NCBI GenBank assembly: GCA_964403795.1
Contig: CAYOHP010000001.1
Span: 85,420-149,419, forward strand
Direction of reading: 5' to 3'
DNA: 64,000 bases
Source of the DNA: an uncultured bacterium
GTDB lineage: Bacteria; Muiribacteriota; UBA6191; CAZXTJ01; CAYOHP01
How positions within the stretch are numbered: position 1 is the first letter of the stretch; the number at the start of each line of letters is the position of its first letter. Of the stretch, positions 52,890 through 62,299 are shown in pieces. The position numbers were made by a program, and so were the translations under genes. The notes below the pieces were generated by a model. That model was not told the origin of the DNA, ran no database searches, and saw only the letters and a program-made list of their open reading frames with translations.

Positions 52890-54317
52890 TCACGGCGAGG
52901 TCGCGTTCGGGACCGGAGCGGGCGGCAGGCCCGCTCCCTTGGTGTGCAGGAACTGTCCGCAGGCCTTCACCCGCTCGTCGAGCAGCTTGCAGCCCTGGTC
53001 GGGGTCCTGGGCGAAGGCGATCCGGATGTCGGCGAGGTGCTGGTCCGAGACCAGGCGGGCCCGGTCCTCGGGACGCAGCGCCTTGGCGAAGGCCCGGATC
53101 GCCCTGAGGCGCGGCTCGAAGTCGGCCCGCGAGGTGGACTGGCGGAGCACCGCCTGGAACGAGTCCTCGAGTTCGGTCTGGATCCTCTCCCGGTCGAACT
53201 GCTTGTTCTGGATGGCCAGCCGGGTCGATTCGTAGTTCGAGCCCATGAAAGGAACCGCTTCCGGGACCAGGACCGGGAGGCTGGCCGAGGCCGCCACCAG
53301 CAGGGCGAAGGTGGCGAGCTTGGCGAAGGTGCCTCGACCCTGGAACCACTCGGCAGCTGCCACCATCGGGTTGGGCGCGGCCTCCGGCACCTCGTTGCGG
53401 GCCGCCCTCCGGGCCTCGACCTTGGCCTGCTGCTGGGCCTGCTTGCGACCGACCGACGCCAGGTGGATGGCCTGGCTGGGAGCGGATCCCGGGATCTGGA
53501 GCCGTTCCCGCACCGCGGTCAGGTGGTCCAGGGTCTCTCCCAGGGAGCCGGGCCGCTTCTCCGGGGTGCGAGCCAGGCTGGCCATCAGGACCTTCTCGAC
53601 GGCCTCGGGGAAACCGGAGATGACCTTCGAGGGCGGGGTCGGGGGCTCCCAGGTGCCCGTCCCCCGTTCCGCCAGCTCCAGGGATGTCGGGAGACGCCGC
53701 CCGGTCATGGCCTGGTAGAGGACGGAAGCGAAGAGCCAGATGTCGGTCCGGGCGTCCTCCGGTCGGCGCTCGGCGCTCTCCGGGGTGCAGGCGGCCCGGG
53801 AGACCGCGGAACGGAAGCTCGGCAGCAGGGAACCGAGGTCGAGACTGCGGACCATGGACAGGGTCCCCAGGAAGGCCCGCTCGGAGGCCTCCTCCACCTG
53901 CACCGTGGTCTCGGAGAGATCGCCATGGACGAACCCCGCCACGTGCAGCTGGCGGAGTGCCGCCCCCACCGGCAGGAGCATGTCCAGCGCCAGGGTGGGG
54001 TCGAGTCGACCGCGATGGCGGGAGAGGTACTCTGCCAGCGAGGAGCTGTTCCGGTAGTCGGTCGCGTAGTAGAGGGAATCGTCCACGATCCCCGCGTCGA
54101 GGATCCGGAGCAGGTGGGGATGCGAGACCGCCCTGAGGGATTCCAGGCGCTTGCGGATCCCGGCGACGTCGATCGCCTCGGGATCCAGGCGGGGATTGAA
54201 GATGCGGAGCTCCAGGACCCGGGAATTTCCCCGCGTCGTCGCCAGGTAGGTGGAGAGATGCGGCTCGGGCGCCCGGAGGGTCTCCAGGAGCTCGTAGTCC
54301 CCGAACGTGCGGTTCAC
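52890..54317 (-). CDS. membrane-anchored pseudokinase (protein-kinase fold with catalytic motifs degenerate)
   Basis: GTG at 54317 with GGAGGAG RBS. No Gly-loop. No VAIK Lys (VLELRIF). HRD becomes HGDLSETT. DFG becomes LGT. TM segment FAKLATFALLVAASASLPVLV. Confidence 0.6.
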   Translation of the reverse strand: MNRTFGDYELLETLRAPEPHLSTYLATTRGNSRVLELRIFNPRLDPEAIDVAGIRKRLESLRAVSHPHLLRILDAGIVDDSLYYATDYRNSSSLAEYLSRHRGRLDPTLALDMLLPVGAALRQLHVAGFVHGDLSETTVQVEEASERAFLGTLSMVRSLDLGSLLPSFRSAVSRAACTPESAERRPEDARTDIWLFASVLYQAMTGRRLPTSLELAERGTGTWEPPTPPSKVISGFPEAVEKVLMASLARTPEKRPGSLGETLDHLTAVRERLQIPGSAPSQAIHLASVGRKQAQQQAKVEARRAARNEVPEAAPNPMVAAAEWFQGRGTFAKLATFALLVAASASLPVLVPEAVPFMGSNYESTRLAIQNKQFDRERIQTELEDSFQAVLRQSTSRADFEPRLRAIRAFAKALRPEDRARLVSDQHLADIRIAFAQDPDQGCKLLDERVKACGQFLHTKGAGLPPAPVPNATSP

Positions 54318-54382
54318 TCTCTCCTCCCGAGGCGGTTCCCGGGGGCAAACGTACCCCCAAGCCCGGGAGGAGTCCAAGCCAC

Positions 54383-55822
54383 GTGACCAGGGTCTTCTCG
54401 CTCGACCTCCGGTCCCTGGCCGTCTTCCGGATCGGCCTCGGGGTGTTGCTGGTGGTCGACGTGGCGATCCGGCTCCAGGATTTCACCGACCACTACACCG
54501 ACGCCGGCTTCCTCCCGGTCTCGGCGCTGGACCGGATCCCGGATCCTGCCTGGTGGACCTCGCTGCACCATTGGAGCGGCTCCCCCGCCTGGCAGGGCTT
54601 CCTGCTGGCACTTGCCGGACTGGCCGGACTGGCGCTGGCGTTGGGGTGGCGGACCCGGGTGGCGTGCTGGACTTCCTGGGTCCTCATGCTCTCGATCCAA
54701 GCCCGGAATCCCATGGTGCTCGACGGAGCCGACATGCTGTTCCGCCACCTGCTCTTCTGGGGCGGCTTCCTGCCTCTGGGTGCCCGGTGGTCCTGGGATG
54801 CCGAGGGCCGCCCCCCGCAGCCGGGACCCTCGGTCTCGGGCGGTCCCGCCTTCGCGCTGGCCATGCAACCGGTGCTCCTCTACGAGTTCGCGGCCATGAC
54901 CAAGTCGGGACCGGAGTGGATGCAGGAGGGCACCGGGGTCTACTACGCCCTGGCGCTCGACCAGCTCTCCCAGGCGCCTGGGCGCTTCCTCCTGGCCTTC
55001 CCCGGGCTGATGCGGGTCCTCAACCACGCCACGGTGGTCCTCGAGTACCTGGGACCCCTGCTCCTGTTCTCGCCCTGGCGGACGGTGCCGATCCGGATCG
55101 CGACCATCCTGGCGTTCGTGGCGCTCCAGGCCGGTTTCGGCCTCTGCATCCGGCTGATGCTCTTCCCCTGGCTCTCCACCCTCTCGCTGGTCCCGCTGAT
55201 CCCGGGTGAGGTCTGGGATCGGTGGGGATACCGCGATCCCGGGCAGACCGCCCCGGACCCGGCCGCCCTCCCGGCGTCGGCACCCGGCCCCCGACGTCCG
55301 GTCGACGTCCTGGCCCTGGCGATCCTGGGCTACGTGGTGCTCTGGAACGCCAGCGTCCTGCCCGAGCCCCTGGTGCGGATCCCGCCCGGGCTCCGGGCCC
55401 CCGGGTACCTCCTCCGCCTCGAACAGCAGTGGTTCCTGTTCGCCCCCCCCTGGAAGACCGACGGCTGGTACCTGGCCGAGGGCGCCACCCTCGACGGTCG
55501 GTGGTTCGATCTCACCACCGGGGAACCCGCCCGTCGCGACAGCCCCGGGGACACCTGGGCGAGATTCCCGACCCACCGCCAGTGGGCCACCATGCGCTAC
55601 CTGGGGTATCGGGGTTCCGAGCCGTTGCGCGAGCTCTACCTGACGACGTTGCTCCGGCGTTGGAAGGGGCCCCGACTGGTGCGGGCTCGTCTCGTGTACA
55701 TGCTCGAGGAGACTCGCCCCGACGGGACCCAGGGCCCCCCCGAGCCGAGGATCCTCCACGAGATGTTCACCGGCCTGGGTGCCGGGATCCTGCCCCCGGG
55801 GGATTCCCGCTCCCCGGGGTGA
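54383..55822 (+). CDS. HTTM-domain protein (vitamin-K-dependent gamma-carboxylase-like integral membrane domain) with a ~200-aa C-terminal domain
   Basis: DLRSLAVFRIGLGVLLVVD N-terminal HTTM signature. Multiple TM helices. GTG start with GGGAGG RBS. Confidence 0.6.
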   Translation: MTRVFSLDLRSLAVFRIGLGVLLVVDVAIRLQDFTDHYTDAGFLPVSALDRIPDPAWWTSLHHWSGSPAWQGFLLALAGLAGLALALGWRTRVACWTSWVLMLSIQARNPMVLDGADMLFRHLLFWGGFLPLGARWSWDAEGRPPQPGPSVSGGPAFALAMQPVLLYEFAAMTKSGPEWMQEGTGVYYALALDQLSQAPGRFLLAFPGLMRVLNHATVVLEYLGPLLLFSPWRTVPIRIATILAFVALQAGFGLCIRLMLFPWLSTLSLVPLIPGEVWDRWGYRDPGQTAPDPAALPASAPGPRRPVDVLALAILGYVVLWNASVLPEPLVRIPPGLRAPGYLLRLEQQWFLFAPPWKTDGWYLAEGATLDGRWFDLTTGEPARRDSPGDTWARFPTHRQWATMRYLGYRGSEPLRELYLTTLLRRWKGPRLVRARLVYMLEETRPDGTQGPPEPRILHEMFTGLGAGILPPGDSRSPG

Positions 55823-55902
55823 GGAGTCGCACCGTCCTCGCTACCCGGGACGGACACCGCGGCTCCCCCCCGGGAGCCGGAGGTTCCTGCCGCCGGAAGT
55901 CC

Positions 55903-56277
55903 CTACAGGGGGATCCTCACGACCTGCACGGCCGGGATATGGGCCGGCTGCAGCTGCCGGAGCTCCCTCTCCCCGAGAGGCTCGCGCCGCTCGAACCGGT
56001 AGCCGGCCGTCTCTGCGACCTCTTCCTTGGCCTCGTCCCGGATCCGGGTCGCCTGCAGCGAGACCACCGCCGTGACGGCCGCGTCGAAGACCCGTTCGAG
56101 GCGGGAATCGCGGACCGGGAACCGACCTTCGAGGTGCCGGTAGGCGGAGGCGCCCCGGGTCTCCGCGGCGGGCGCGGACGGTCGAATGCGTCCCGGCCTA
56201 GAAGCATCCCCCTGGGCCCGCAGGGGAACTGCGGTCGCCAGGCACATCAGGAGTACGAGGGTTGGCACGCGCACCAT
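55903..56277 (-). CDS. small secreted hypothetical protein
   Basis: Signal peptide MVRVPTLVLLMCLATAVPLRAQG. Overlaps the DUF885 3' end by 80 nt. Confidence 0.3.
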   Translation of the reverse strand: MVRVPTLVLLMCLATAVPLRAQGDASRPGRIRPSAPAAETRGASAYRHLEGRFPVRDSRLERVFDAAVTAVVSLQATRIRDEAKEEVAETAGYRFERREPLGERELRQLQPAHIPAVQVVRIPL

Positions 56278-58009
56278 CGACGTCCCTCCCGGTCCGGGCG
56301 TCGCAGGATGCGGACGCGCCCCGGTCGGGGTCGCCCGAGCGTCCCACGAGACCCTCTCCTACCGGAAGCCTACCTCCACCCTCGAGCTTCTCCAACCCGA
56401 GGCTCACCCGGTGGGCCCAGACCGGCATGGTGCCCCCCTCCAGGATGTTCCGGTGGAAACCGACCAGGTCCCCGCCCCGGGCACACCAGTCGTCCCGCAT
56501 CTTCCGGATCAGGATCTTCCCGGTGAGGTACCCGAGCGGATACCCCGGCTTGAAGGTGTACCAATTCACTTCCCCGGCCGCCCGGTGGGCGGAGATCCGC
56601 CCCTTCTCCTCCAGCATCGCCGCGGCCTCCCGGGTGGAGAGCTCCCCGGTCTGGAGACCGATGTCGACCTGGATCCGCAGCGCCCGGAACATGGCGTCCT
56701 TGATCTGGGCGGCGCGGGTCCCGGGAACCGGGCGGAACCCGGTGTCGTACATCGCCTCCTCGGCGTAGTGCGCCCAGCCCTCGCAGAACTCGTCGCCGGT
56801 GACCAGCGCCCGGATCGGGCTGGGATGGGCATTGGCGTGGCAGAGCTGGAGGTGGTGCCCCGGATACCCCTCATGGCAGGAGGTGTTGTAGATCATCCCC
56901 GGGGCGTGCTCGGTGCGGTCCTTCCCGCCTTCCGGGCGAGTGACCATGTAGATGCCGAGTGCGGTGCCGGGGGTGAATCGTTCCGGTTCGAAGTAGGCCG
57001 CCGAAGGGATCACGCTCTCGAGGTAGCCGGGAGTCGGCCGGACCTCGAGTCGGTCGGGCCGGGGAGGCTCGAGCCCGAAGGCCTCCTTCACGAAGACCCT
57101 GGACTCCTCGACCGCCCGCCGGTAGGTCTCGAGGATGGCCTCGAAGTCGGACGGGGCGGTCTCGCCCCAGAGTTCCTCGGCCCGGTCCCGTCCCGCTCCC
57201 GGGAACATGGCGGCGAGCTCCTGCTCGTACTCCCGACCCAGCCGGTGCCAGGCCTCGCGTCCGATCTCGGCGAGCTCCTCGACCGAGACGCCCAGGCGCC
57301 GCAGGCGGATCAGCTCGCGGAAGGCCTCGGGGCCCATGGCCAGGGAGGCCGTGCTCCACGGCAGGACGTCGCCCTCCAGGAACTCCGCGAAGGCGCGCAA
57401 GGAAGCCTGGGCCGAGGCGACCGTGGTCGCGAAGCCGCGGGCTCTGGCCGCCGCGTCGGAGGGCGGGACCGCACCGGCCAGGATCCCGGGGACCGCCTCG
57501 CGGATCTCCCCCAGGTAGTCCGAGGTCGCCCGGCAGGAGCGGAGCGCGGCGCGGGTCCAGTACTCGACGGGCCGGACGAAGCGCTCCCGCGCTTCCCGGA
57601 GGTACCGCGGGACCTGTTCGAGGCGGGCCTGCATGGCCTCGACCCGGTGCACGGCCGGCCTCGACTCCCGCGAGAAGAGGGGATCCAGGGCGCTGCCCAC
57701 CTCGAGAGCCGGGTCTCCGCCGGCCCTGAGATAGGTCCCCTGGTCGAGCGCGAACCGCTCCAGGGCCGCGGTCTGGCCCAGGAGTTCGGCATCCAGCGCC
57801 TGCTCCGGGCTGAGGTCCGGACGACCCGGACCCGCTACGGCCCGGGCCGCCCGCTCCAGCTCTTCGACCTTGCGGTGGAAGCGGTCGGGCCCTCCCGAGG
57901 GCAAGGTGTGGTCGTGCCGGCTCGACCCCATCTCGCTGGCCCGGACCGGGTCGATCGTCAGCAGGGATTCGAAGAGTTCGCGGCCGAGAACGTCGAAGGA
58001 GAATTCCAT
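56198..58009 (-). CDS. DUF885-family putative metallopeptidase-like protein
   Basis: HEGYPGHHLQ motif and overall DUF885-like helical layout. Confidence 0.6.
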   Translation of the reverse strand: MEFSFDVLGRELFESLLTIDPVRASEMGSSRHDHTLPSGGPDRFHRKVEELERAARAVAGPGRPDLSPEQALDAELLGQTAALERFALDQGTYLRAGGDPALEVGSALDPLFSRESRPAVHRVEAMQARLEQVPRYLREARERFVRPVEYWTRAALRSCRATSDYLGEIREAVPGILAGAVPPSDAAARARGFATTVASAQASLRAFAEFLEGDVLPWSTASLAMGPEAFRELIRLRRLGVSVEELAEIGREAWHRLGREYEQELAAMFPGAGRDRAEELWGETAPSDFEAILETYRRAVEESRVFVKEAFGLEPPRPDRLEVRPTPGYLESVIPSAAYFEPERFTPGTALGIYMVTRPEGGKDRTEHAPGMIYNTSCHEGYPGHHLQLCHANAHPSPIRALVTGDEFCEGWAHYAEEAMYDTGFRPVPGTRAAQIKDAMFRALRIQVDIGLQTGELSTREAAAMLEEKGRISAHRAAGEVNWYTFKPGYPLGYLTGKILIRKMRDDWCARGGDLVGFHRNILEGGTMPVWAHRVSLGLEKLEGGGRLPVGEGLVGRSGDPDRGASASCDARTGRDVDGARANPRTPDVPGDRSSPAGPGGCF

Positions 58010-58142
58010 CTGCGCCCTCCATGGGGGGCGGGGAACCTACACTCGGGAACGGCCCCACGGCAAGGATCCATGCGGCATTCCGGCCCCGGATGCGATTCTT
58101 GTCCGTTGCCACGATGGGACCCGTCGAGTACCTTCGGGGCCG

Positions 58143-59603
58143 ATGAACGGACCCCGCTCGATCCACAACGCCCTGCTCCTGCGCCGCGAGATCCTCGACC
58201 ACCTTCGCAAGCTCGCCGGAGCCCTTCCCCCGGCCCCGGCCGCGACCGGCCTGTTGCAGGCGATCGGGGAGCACCGGGACCTCGCCGTCGGGGTCTGCAT
58301 GAACGAACTCTCCAGTCCTTCGACCCAGTTGCGTCACGCGGTGGCCGCGGTGCTCCGCAAGCTCGAAGCCGTGGAGGTCGAGTCCGAACTCGAGGAACTC
58401 TCCGAGGACGCCAAGCTCCCCGAGGAGAACCGGGCCATCGCCCGCGACCTCTTCCGCGAGCTGCGTCCCAAGGCACCGCGTTCGTCCCTGGCGTTCCCGC
58501 TCCCGCGGGTCGAACGGCCCGAGTCCGGCAAGGCACTTCTCGACACCCTGGGAGACGATCCCTCGACCCGCTCCAGTTTCCTCCAGGCCTTCACCTCGGC
58601 TCCTCCCGATATCCGGGTGACGACGCTCGAAGGTCTGGGGGCCCTGAAGGACCCTCGCGCCATCCCGGTCTACCAGGCGGCTTCCACCGACCGCGACACC
58701 CGGGTCGCGGAGGCGGCCATGCGCGGTCTCGCCGGATGTCCCGACCCGGCCGCCCGGGAGGCTCTCGAGGAGCTCGCGTCCGGGGCCCACGGCCCCGCGG
58801 TCCGGCGCCTGGCGGCCCGCTTCCTCATGGGTCTCCGGCCCGATCCCCCGGAGGCCCGGAGCCGGGCCACCCAGTGCGTGGCCGGCCCGGTCGACCTCCG
58901 TGGCGAACGCGACCTGCTCATGGCCGCACCGCGGTCCGGAGGCACCCGCTGGGATCTCCTCAGGGCCCGGGTGGGCATCCGGGGCGGGATCCTCTCCATC
59001 GAGGCCCGCCCGAGCATCACGGCCCCCGCCGCCTCCTCGGCCATCGCCCGCCTCGCCTCGGACGGCGGCTTCCTCACCTCCGGGCCCGCCTATGTGCGTG
59101 TCCTCCTCGAGGATGCCCTGGCCGCTCCCGAAGCCGGTCCGAATCGCCTGGGGCCCTGGACCAGCCTGCTCGGGAGCAAGCCCCTCTCGCCCCGGCCCTA
59201 TCGCCCCGGGGAGGAGATCGCGGAGGACGAGGCGAAGTCCAATCTCAAGGTGGCCGAGCGGTTGCTCCAACGGCCGGAATTCCGGGGCTGGTTCGTCGCC
59301 GACCCGATGCTCGACCATCTCGGCGAACTGGCCGCCACCGGCGACCGCTCCCACGAGGAGCTGCTCGACCGGTTCGTCGAGGAGTTCCTGGAACCCCAGC
59401 GATGGATCCTGGTGCGGAGCCTGGAGCTGACCCGCGACATGCTCCTCCGACGAGGGGACCGCCAGTTCGCCCGGGCCGTCGCGGCCACGGAGTGGGCCTT
59501 CCGGGACCCCTCGCCCGCGTCGCTGCGCCGGGACCCGCTGCTCCTGGCCCTGCTCAAGCGGCGCCTGGCGACCGAGCGCTCCCAGCCCGCCAGCCGGGTC
59601 TGA
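58143..59603 (+). CDS. HEAT/PBS-lyase repeat protein
   Basis: Repeats TLEGLGALKDPRAIPVYQAASTDRDTRVAEAAMRGLAGCPDPAAREAL. Confidence 0.5.
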   Translation: MNGPRSIHNALLLRREILDHLRKLAGALPPAPAATGLLQAIGEHRDLAVGVCMNELSSPSTQLRHAVAAVLRKLEAVEVESELEELSEDAKLPEENRAIARDLFRELRPKAPRSSLAFPLPRVERPESGKALLDTLGDDPSTRSSFLQAFTSAPPDIRVTTLEGLGALKDPRAIPVYQAASTDRDTRVAEAAMRGLAGCPDPAAREALEELASGAHGPAVRRLAARFLMGLRPDPPEARSRATQCVAGPVDLRGERDLLMAAPRSGGTRWDLLRARVGIRGGILSIEARPSITAPAASSAIARLASDGGFLTSGPAYVRVLLEDALAAPEAGPNRLGPWTSLLGSKPLSPRPYRPGEEIAEDEAKSNLKVAERLLQRPEFRGWFVADPMLDHLGELAATGDRSHEELLDRFVEEFLEPQRWILVRSLELTRDMLLRRGDRQFARAVAATEWAFRDPSPASLRRDPLLLALLKRRLATERSQPASRV

Positions 59604-59656
59604 TCCCGACGGCGACGCCACCTGGGGCTCCCGGCCTCCTCTGGTAGGCTCGGACG

Positions 59657-62239
59657 GTGACCGGATCGCCGTTTTCGGTCGAGTTCTCGCGCCGCTACGA
59701 GATCCTCGGTCTCCTGGGCGAGGGGGGAGGCGCCAAGGTCTACCGCGCCCGCCACCGGGAACTCGACCGCCCCGTGGCGATCAAGGTCTTCACGACCGCC
59801 ATCCTCGAGGACGAGCATTCGATCCGGCGCTTCCTCGACGAGGGCCGGACCCTGGCCCAGCTTCGCCACCCCAACGTGGTGGCGGTGTACGAGACAGGGC
59901 TCGAAGGTGGCGCTCCCTACCTGGCCCTCGAACTGGTGGAGGGCAGGGACCTCCGGACCCTGCTCGCCGATCGGATCCGGGACAGTCGCCGGGCCGGAAA
60001 TCCCGGAGGCTTGCCTCCCCTCGAGGCGGTGACCCTGTTCGCGGGCATCGCGGCCGGACTCGCCGAGGTCCATCGCCACGGGATCGTCCACCGCGACCTG
60101 AAGCCGGAGAACGTCCTGGTGGGGAGAGACACCGTTGCCAGGCTCGCCGATTTCGGACTCGCCCTGGCCGGAGGCGACGACCGTCCCTACCGGACGCGGC
60201 GAGGCCTGATCCTGGGCACTCCCCGGTACGTGGCTCCGGAACGGGTCCGGACCCAGGAAGCGCGACCGCCTTCCGACGTCTACGCATTCGGCATCATGCT
60301 CTGGGAATGCCTGGCGGGACGACCGCCGATCGAGGCGAAGACGGATGCCGAGCTGCTGCTGGCCCATACCCGCGGCCGGATCCCGCCGGCCTCCCAGCAG
60401 TGTCCCGGACTCCCGGGCCTCCTCGACGATCTGGTCGCCGATTGCCTGGCCAAGGATCCCGAGGACCGACCGACCGCCTCCGAGCTGGCCGATCGTCTGA
60501 TCCAGGCCGAGCGCGAATGGGGACGCTGGTCGCGGATCCCTTCCCGGGCGGCCGGCATGCCGAGCCCGCTCTCGCCCGGATCGGATCCGAAGGAACTCCC
60601 GTCGCGGGTTCCCGCGCGCCGGGGTCCGCTTCAGGACCGGATGGGAACGAGGACCCGGCGGATCCTGGCGACCATCTTCGTCCTCACCGGTCTCGCGCTC
60701 CTGGGGAGATTCCTGTCCCGCCCCTTCGATCCGGTCCTGGAACCGATCGGCTCGGGGTTCCGGGTCCGGTGGAACACGCTCCTCCCTGCCGCTCCGGAGG
60801 TGGCCTTCCGGATGCCCACCGAAGCCGGGTGGACGAGACGGACCGTGGATCGCTTCTCCACCCGCCACGAGATGGCGGTAGGGCCCCTGGAGCCCGGACT
60901 CCGGGAGGTCGCCCTGGTGGGACTCACAGGCTGGACCCACCTCGGGGGGATCGAGGTCCGACCGCTCGCGGTCCGCGCTCCCCGGGTGGTGGAGACCTCC
61001 GGGGGAAGGATCCTGGACCTCTCCACCTCGCTCCCCGCCCGGGTCGCGCTGCTCGCGAGCGCGGGCTCGCCGACCGCCGTCTCCACCTCTCCGCACGGAG
61101 AGATCCATCGTCTGGACTGCGAGCCCCCGATCCTCGATTCCTGGCAGGACCCGCTGCTGGTCCTCACCGACTCCGCCGCCCGGCAGGTGAGGGTCCCACT
61201 GGGGATCTCGATCCCCGGAGCCGTCCCGCAGGCCCGGTCGCTCGCCGGACGCCTGGCCGCCTTCCGGCTCGATGAGACCGGGTTCAGGACCCGGCTCGAG
61301 GAGGCGCGCCAGGCAGCGCTGGAGACCGGAGAGGGCCGGATCCAGGATCTCGCCGACGAGATCCGCAGCCTCGATCCCTCGATCGCCGAGCGGGCGGCCG
61401 TCCTGGAGGCCCGTTCGCGCTGGCTGGGAGAAGTCCCGGGAGGACTCGAGGCCGCCTACCAGGACCTGCCCTTCCGCAAGGAACTGGCACGCTTCGCCCC
61501 CCGCGCCCGGAGCTTCTTCTCCGATCCGGGCGTACCACGAACCACCAAGCTCGCCCTCTACCATGCGCTCCTCGACCAGCTCGGTCTCGATGCCTCGGCC
61601 GATGCCGAGGGCGCGCCGCCCCCCCTCGGGATCCAGACCATGCTGGCCGGCGCGGCTCGCCTCGAGGTCGTGCCCGGGGATCGGATCCGGGACCGCCTGG
61701 AGCAGGAGTCCTCTCCGCCGGCGCGGGTCCTCTTCGCGGGACGAACCCTGGCCGAGCAGACGATGATCCTGGCGGAGTCGCGGGTCGTGGAGAACCGGCG
61801 CGGCGTCATGGATTTCGCCAGCCTGGTCGGCCAGAGCGTGCTCTCGGTGGACGTCGCCCGGGCGGCGCGCTCCCGGGAGGGCGAGGTGCAGCTGGAAGCC
61901 GCTCCCGGAGGCCGCCGCCTGGTGCTCCACGGCTGGAACCTCTTCCCCCATTTCCTGCTCGAGATCGGCTTCCACCCCCTGGATGCCGGTTCGACGCCGG
62001 GAGGTCCCGAAACCGTTCGCCTCGTGTTCCGCACCGAATCCAGGACCTTCCCCGGTGGCGCCGTCGAGGTCCAGGGCCTTCCCCGCAATCGATCCCTGCT
62101 GGTCCTGCATCTCGCCCCTTGGCTGCTTCCCCCGGGCAGGTACCGGTGGCGGCTGGCGGGAAGAACGGTTCCCGGGACCTACCGCGGCCTCATCTACCAG
62201 GTCTCGGACCTCCTGCTGGGTCCCGGCGCCTCCGAATAG
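59657..62239 (+). CDS. Ser/Thr protein kinase with TM segment and a ~500-aa extracytoplasmic domain
   Basis: GTG start. LGEGGGAKVYRA, VAIKVF, HRDLKPENVLV, DFG, APE. TM segment ILATIFVLTGLALLG. Confidence 0.8.
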   Translation: MTGSPFSVEFSRRYEILGLLGEGGGAKVYRARHRELDRPVAIKVFTTAILEDEHSIRRFLDEGRTLAQLRHPNVVAVYETGLEGGAPYLALELVEGRDLRTLLADRIRDSRRAGNPGGLPPLEAVTLFAGIAAGLAEVHRHGIVHRDLKPENVLVGRDTVARLADFGLALAGGDDRPYRTRRGLILGTPRYVAPERVRTQEARPPSDVYAFGIMLWECLAGRPPIEAKTDAELLLAHTRGRIPPASQQCPGLPGLLDDLVADCLAKDPEDRPTASELADRLIQAEREWGRWSRIPSRAAGMPSPLSPGSDPKELPSRVPARRGPLQDRMGTRTRRILATIFVLTGLALLGRFLSRPFDPVLEPIGSGFRVRWNTLLPAAPEVAFRMPTEAGWTRRTVDRFSTRHEMAVGPLEPGLREVALVGLTGWTHLGGIEVRPLAVRAPRVVETSGGRILDLSTSLPARVALLASAGSPTAVSTSPHGEIHRLDCEPPILDSWQDPLLVLTDSAARQVRVPLGISIPGAVPQARSLAGRLAAFRLDETGFRTRLEEARQAALETGEGRIQDLADEIRSLDPSIAERAAVLEARSRWLGEVPGGLEAAYQDLPFRKELARFAPRARSFFSDPGVPRTTKLALYHALLDQLGLDASADAEGAPPPLGIQTMLAGAARLEVVPGDRIRDRLEQESSPPARVLFAGRTLAEQTMILAESRVVENRRGVMDFASLVGQSVLSVDVARAARSREGEVQLEAAPGGRRLVLHGWNLFPHFLLEIGFHPLDAGSTPGGPETVRLVFRTESRTFPGGAVEVQGLPRNRSLLVLHLAPWLLPPGRYRWRLAGRTVPGTYRGLIYQVSDLLLGPGASE

Positions 62240-62299
62240 GAACCGGCCGAGAGCTCTGCTACCCTGGCGAGAGAGGCCGTTGGCCTCGAAGGGCGCGCC

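Noticed and set aside
52855-54486. Upstream 540 aa of the 732-aa minus-strand ORF overlapping the pseudokinase gene
   Set aside because: Antisense-type composition. Only the last ~188 codons (52288-52854) look coding and were annotated separately.
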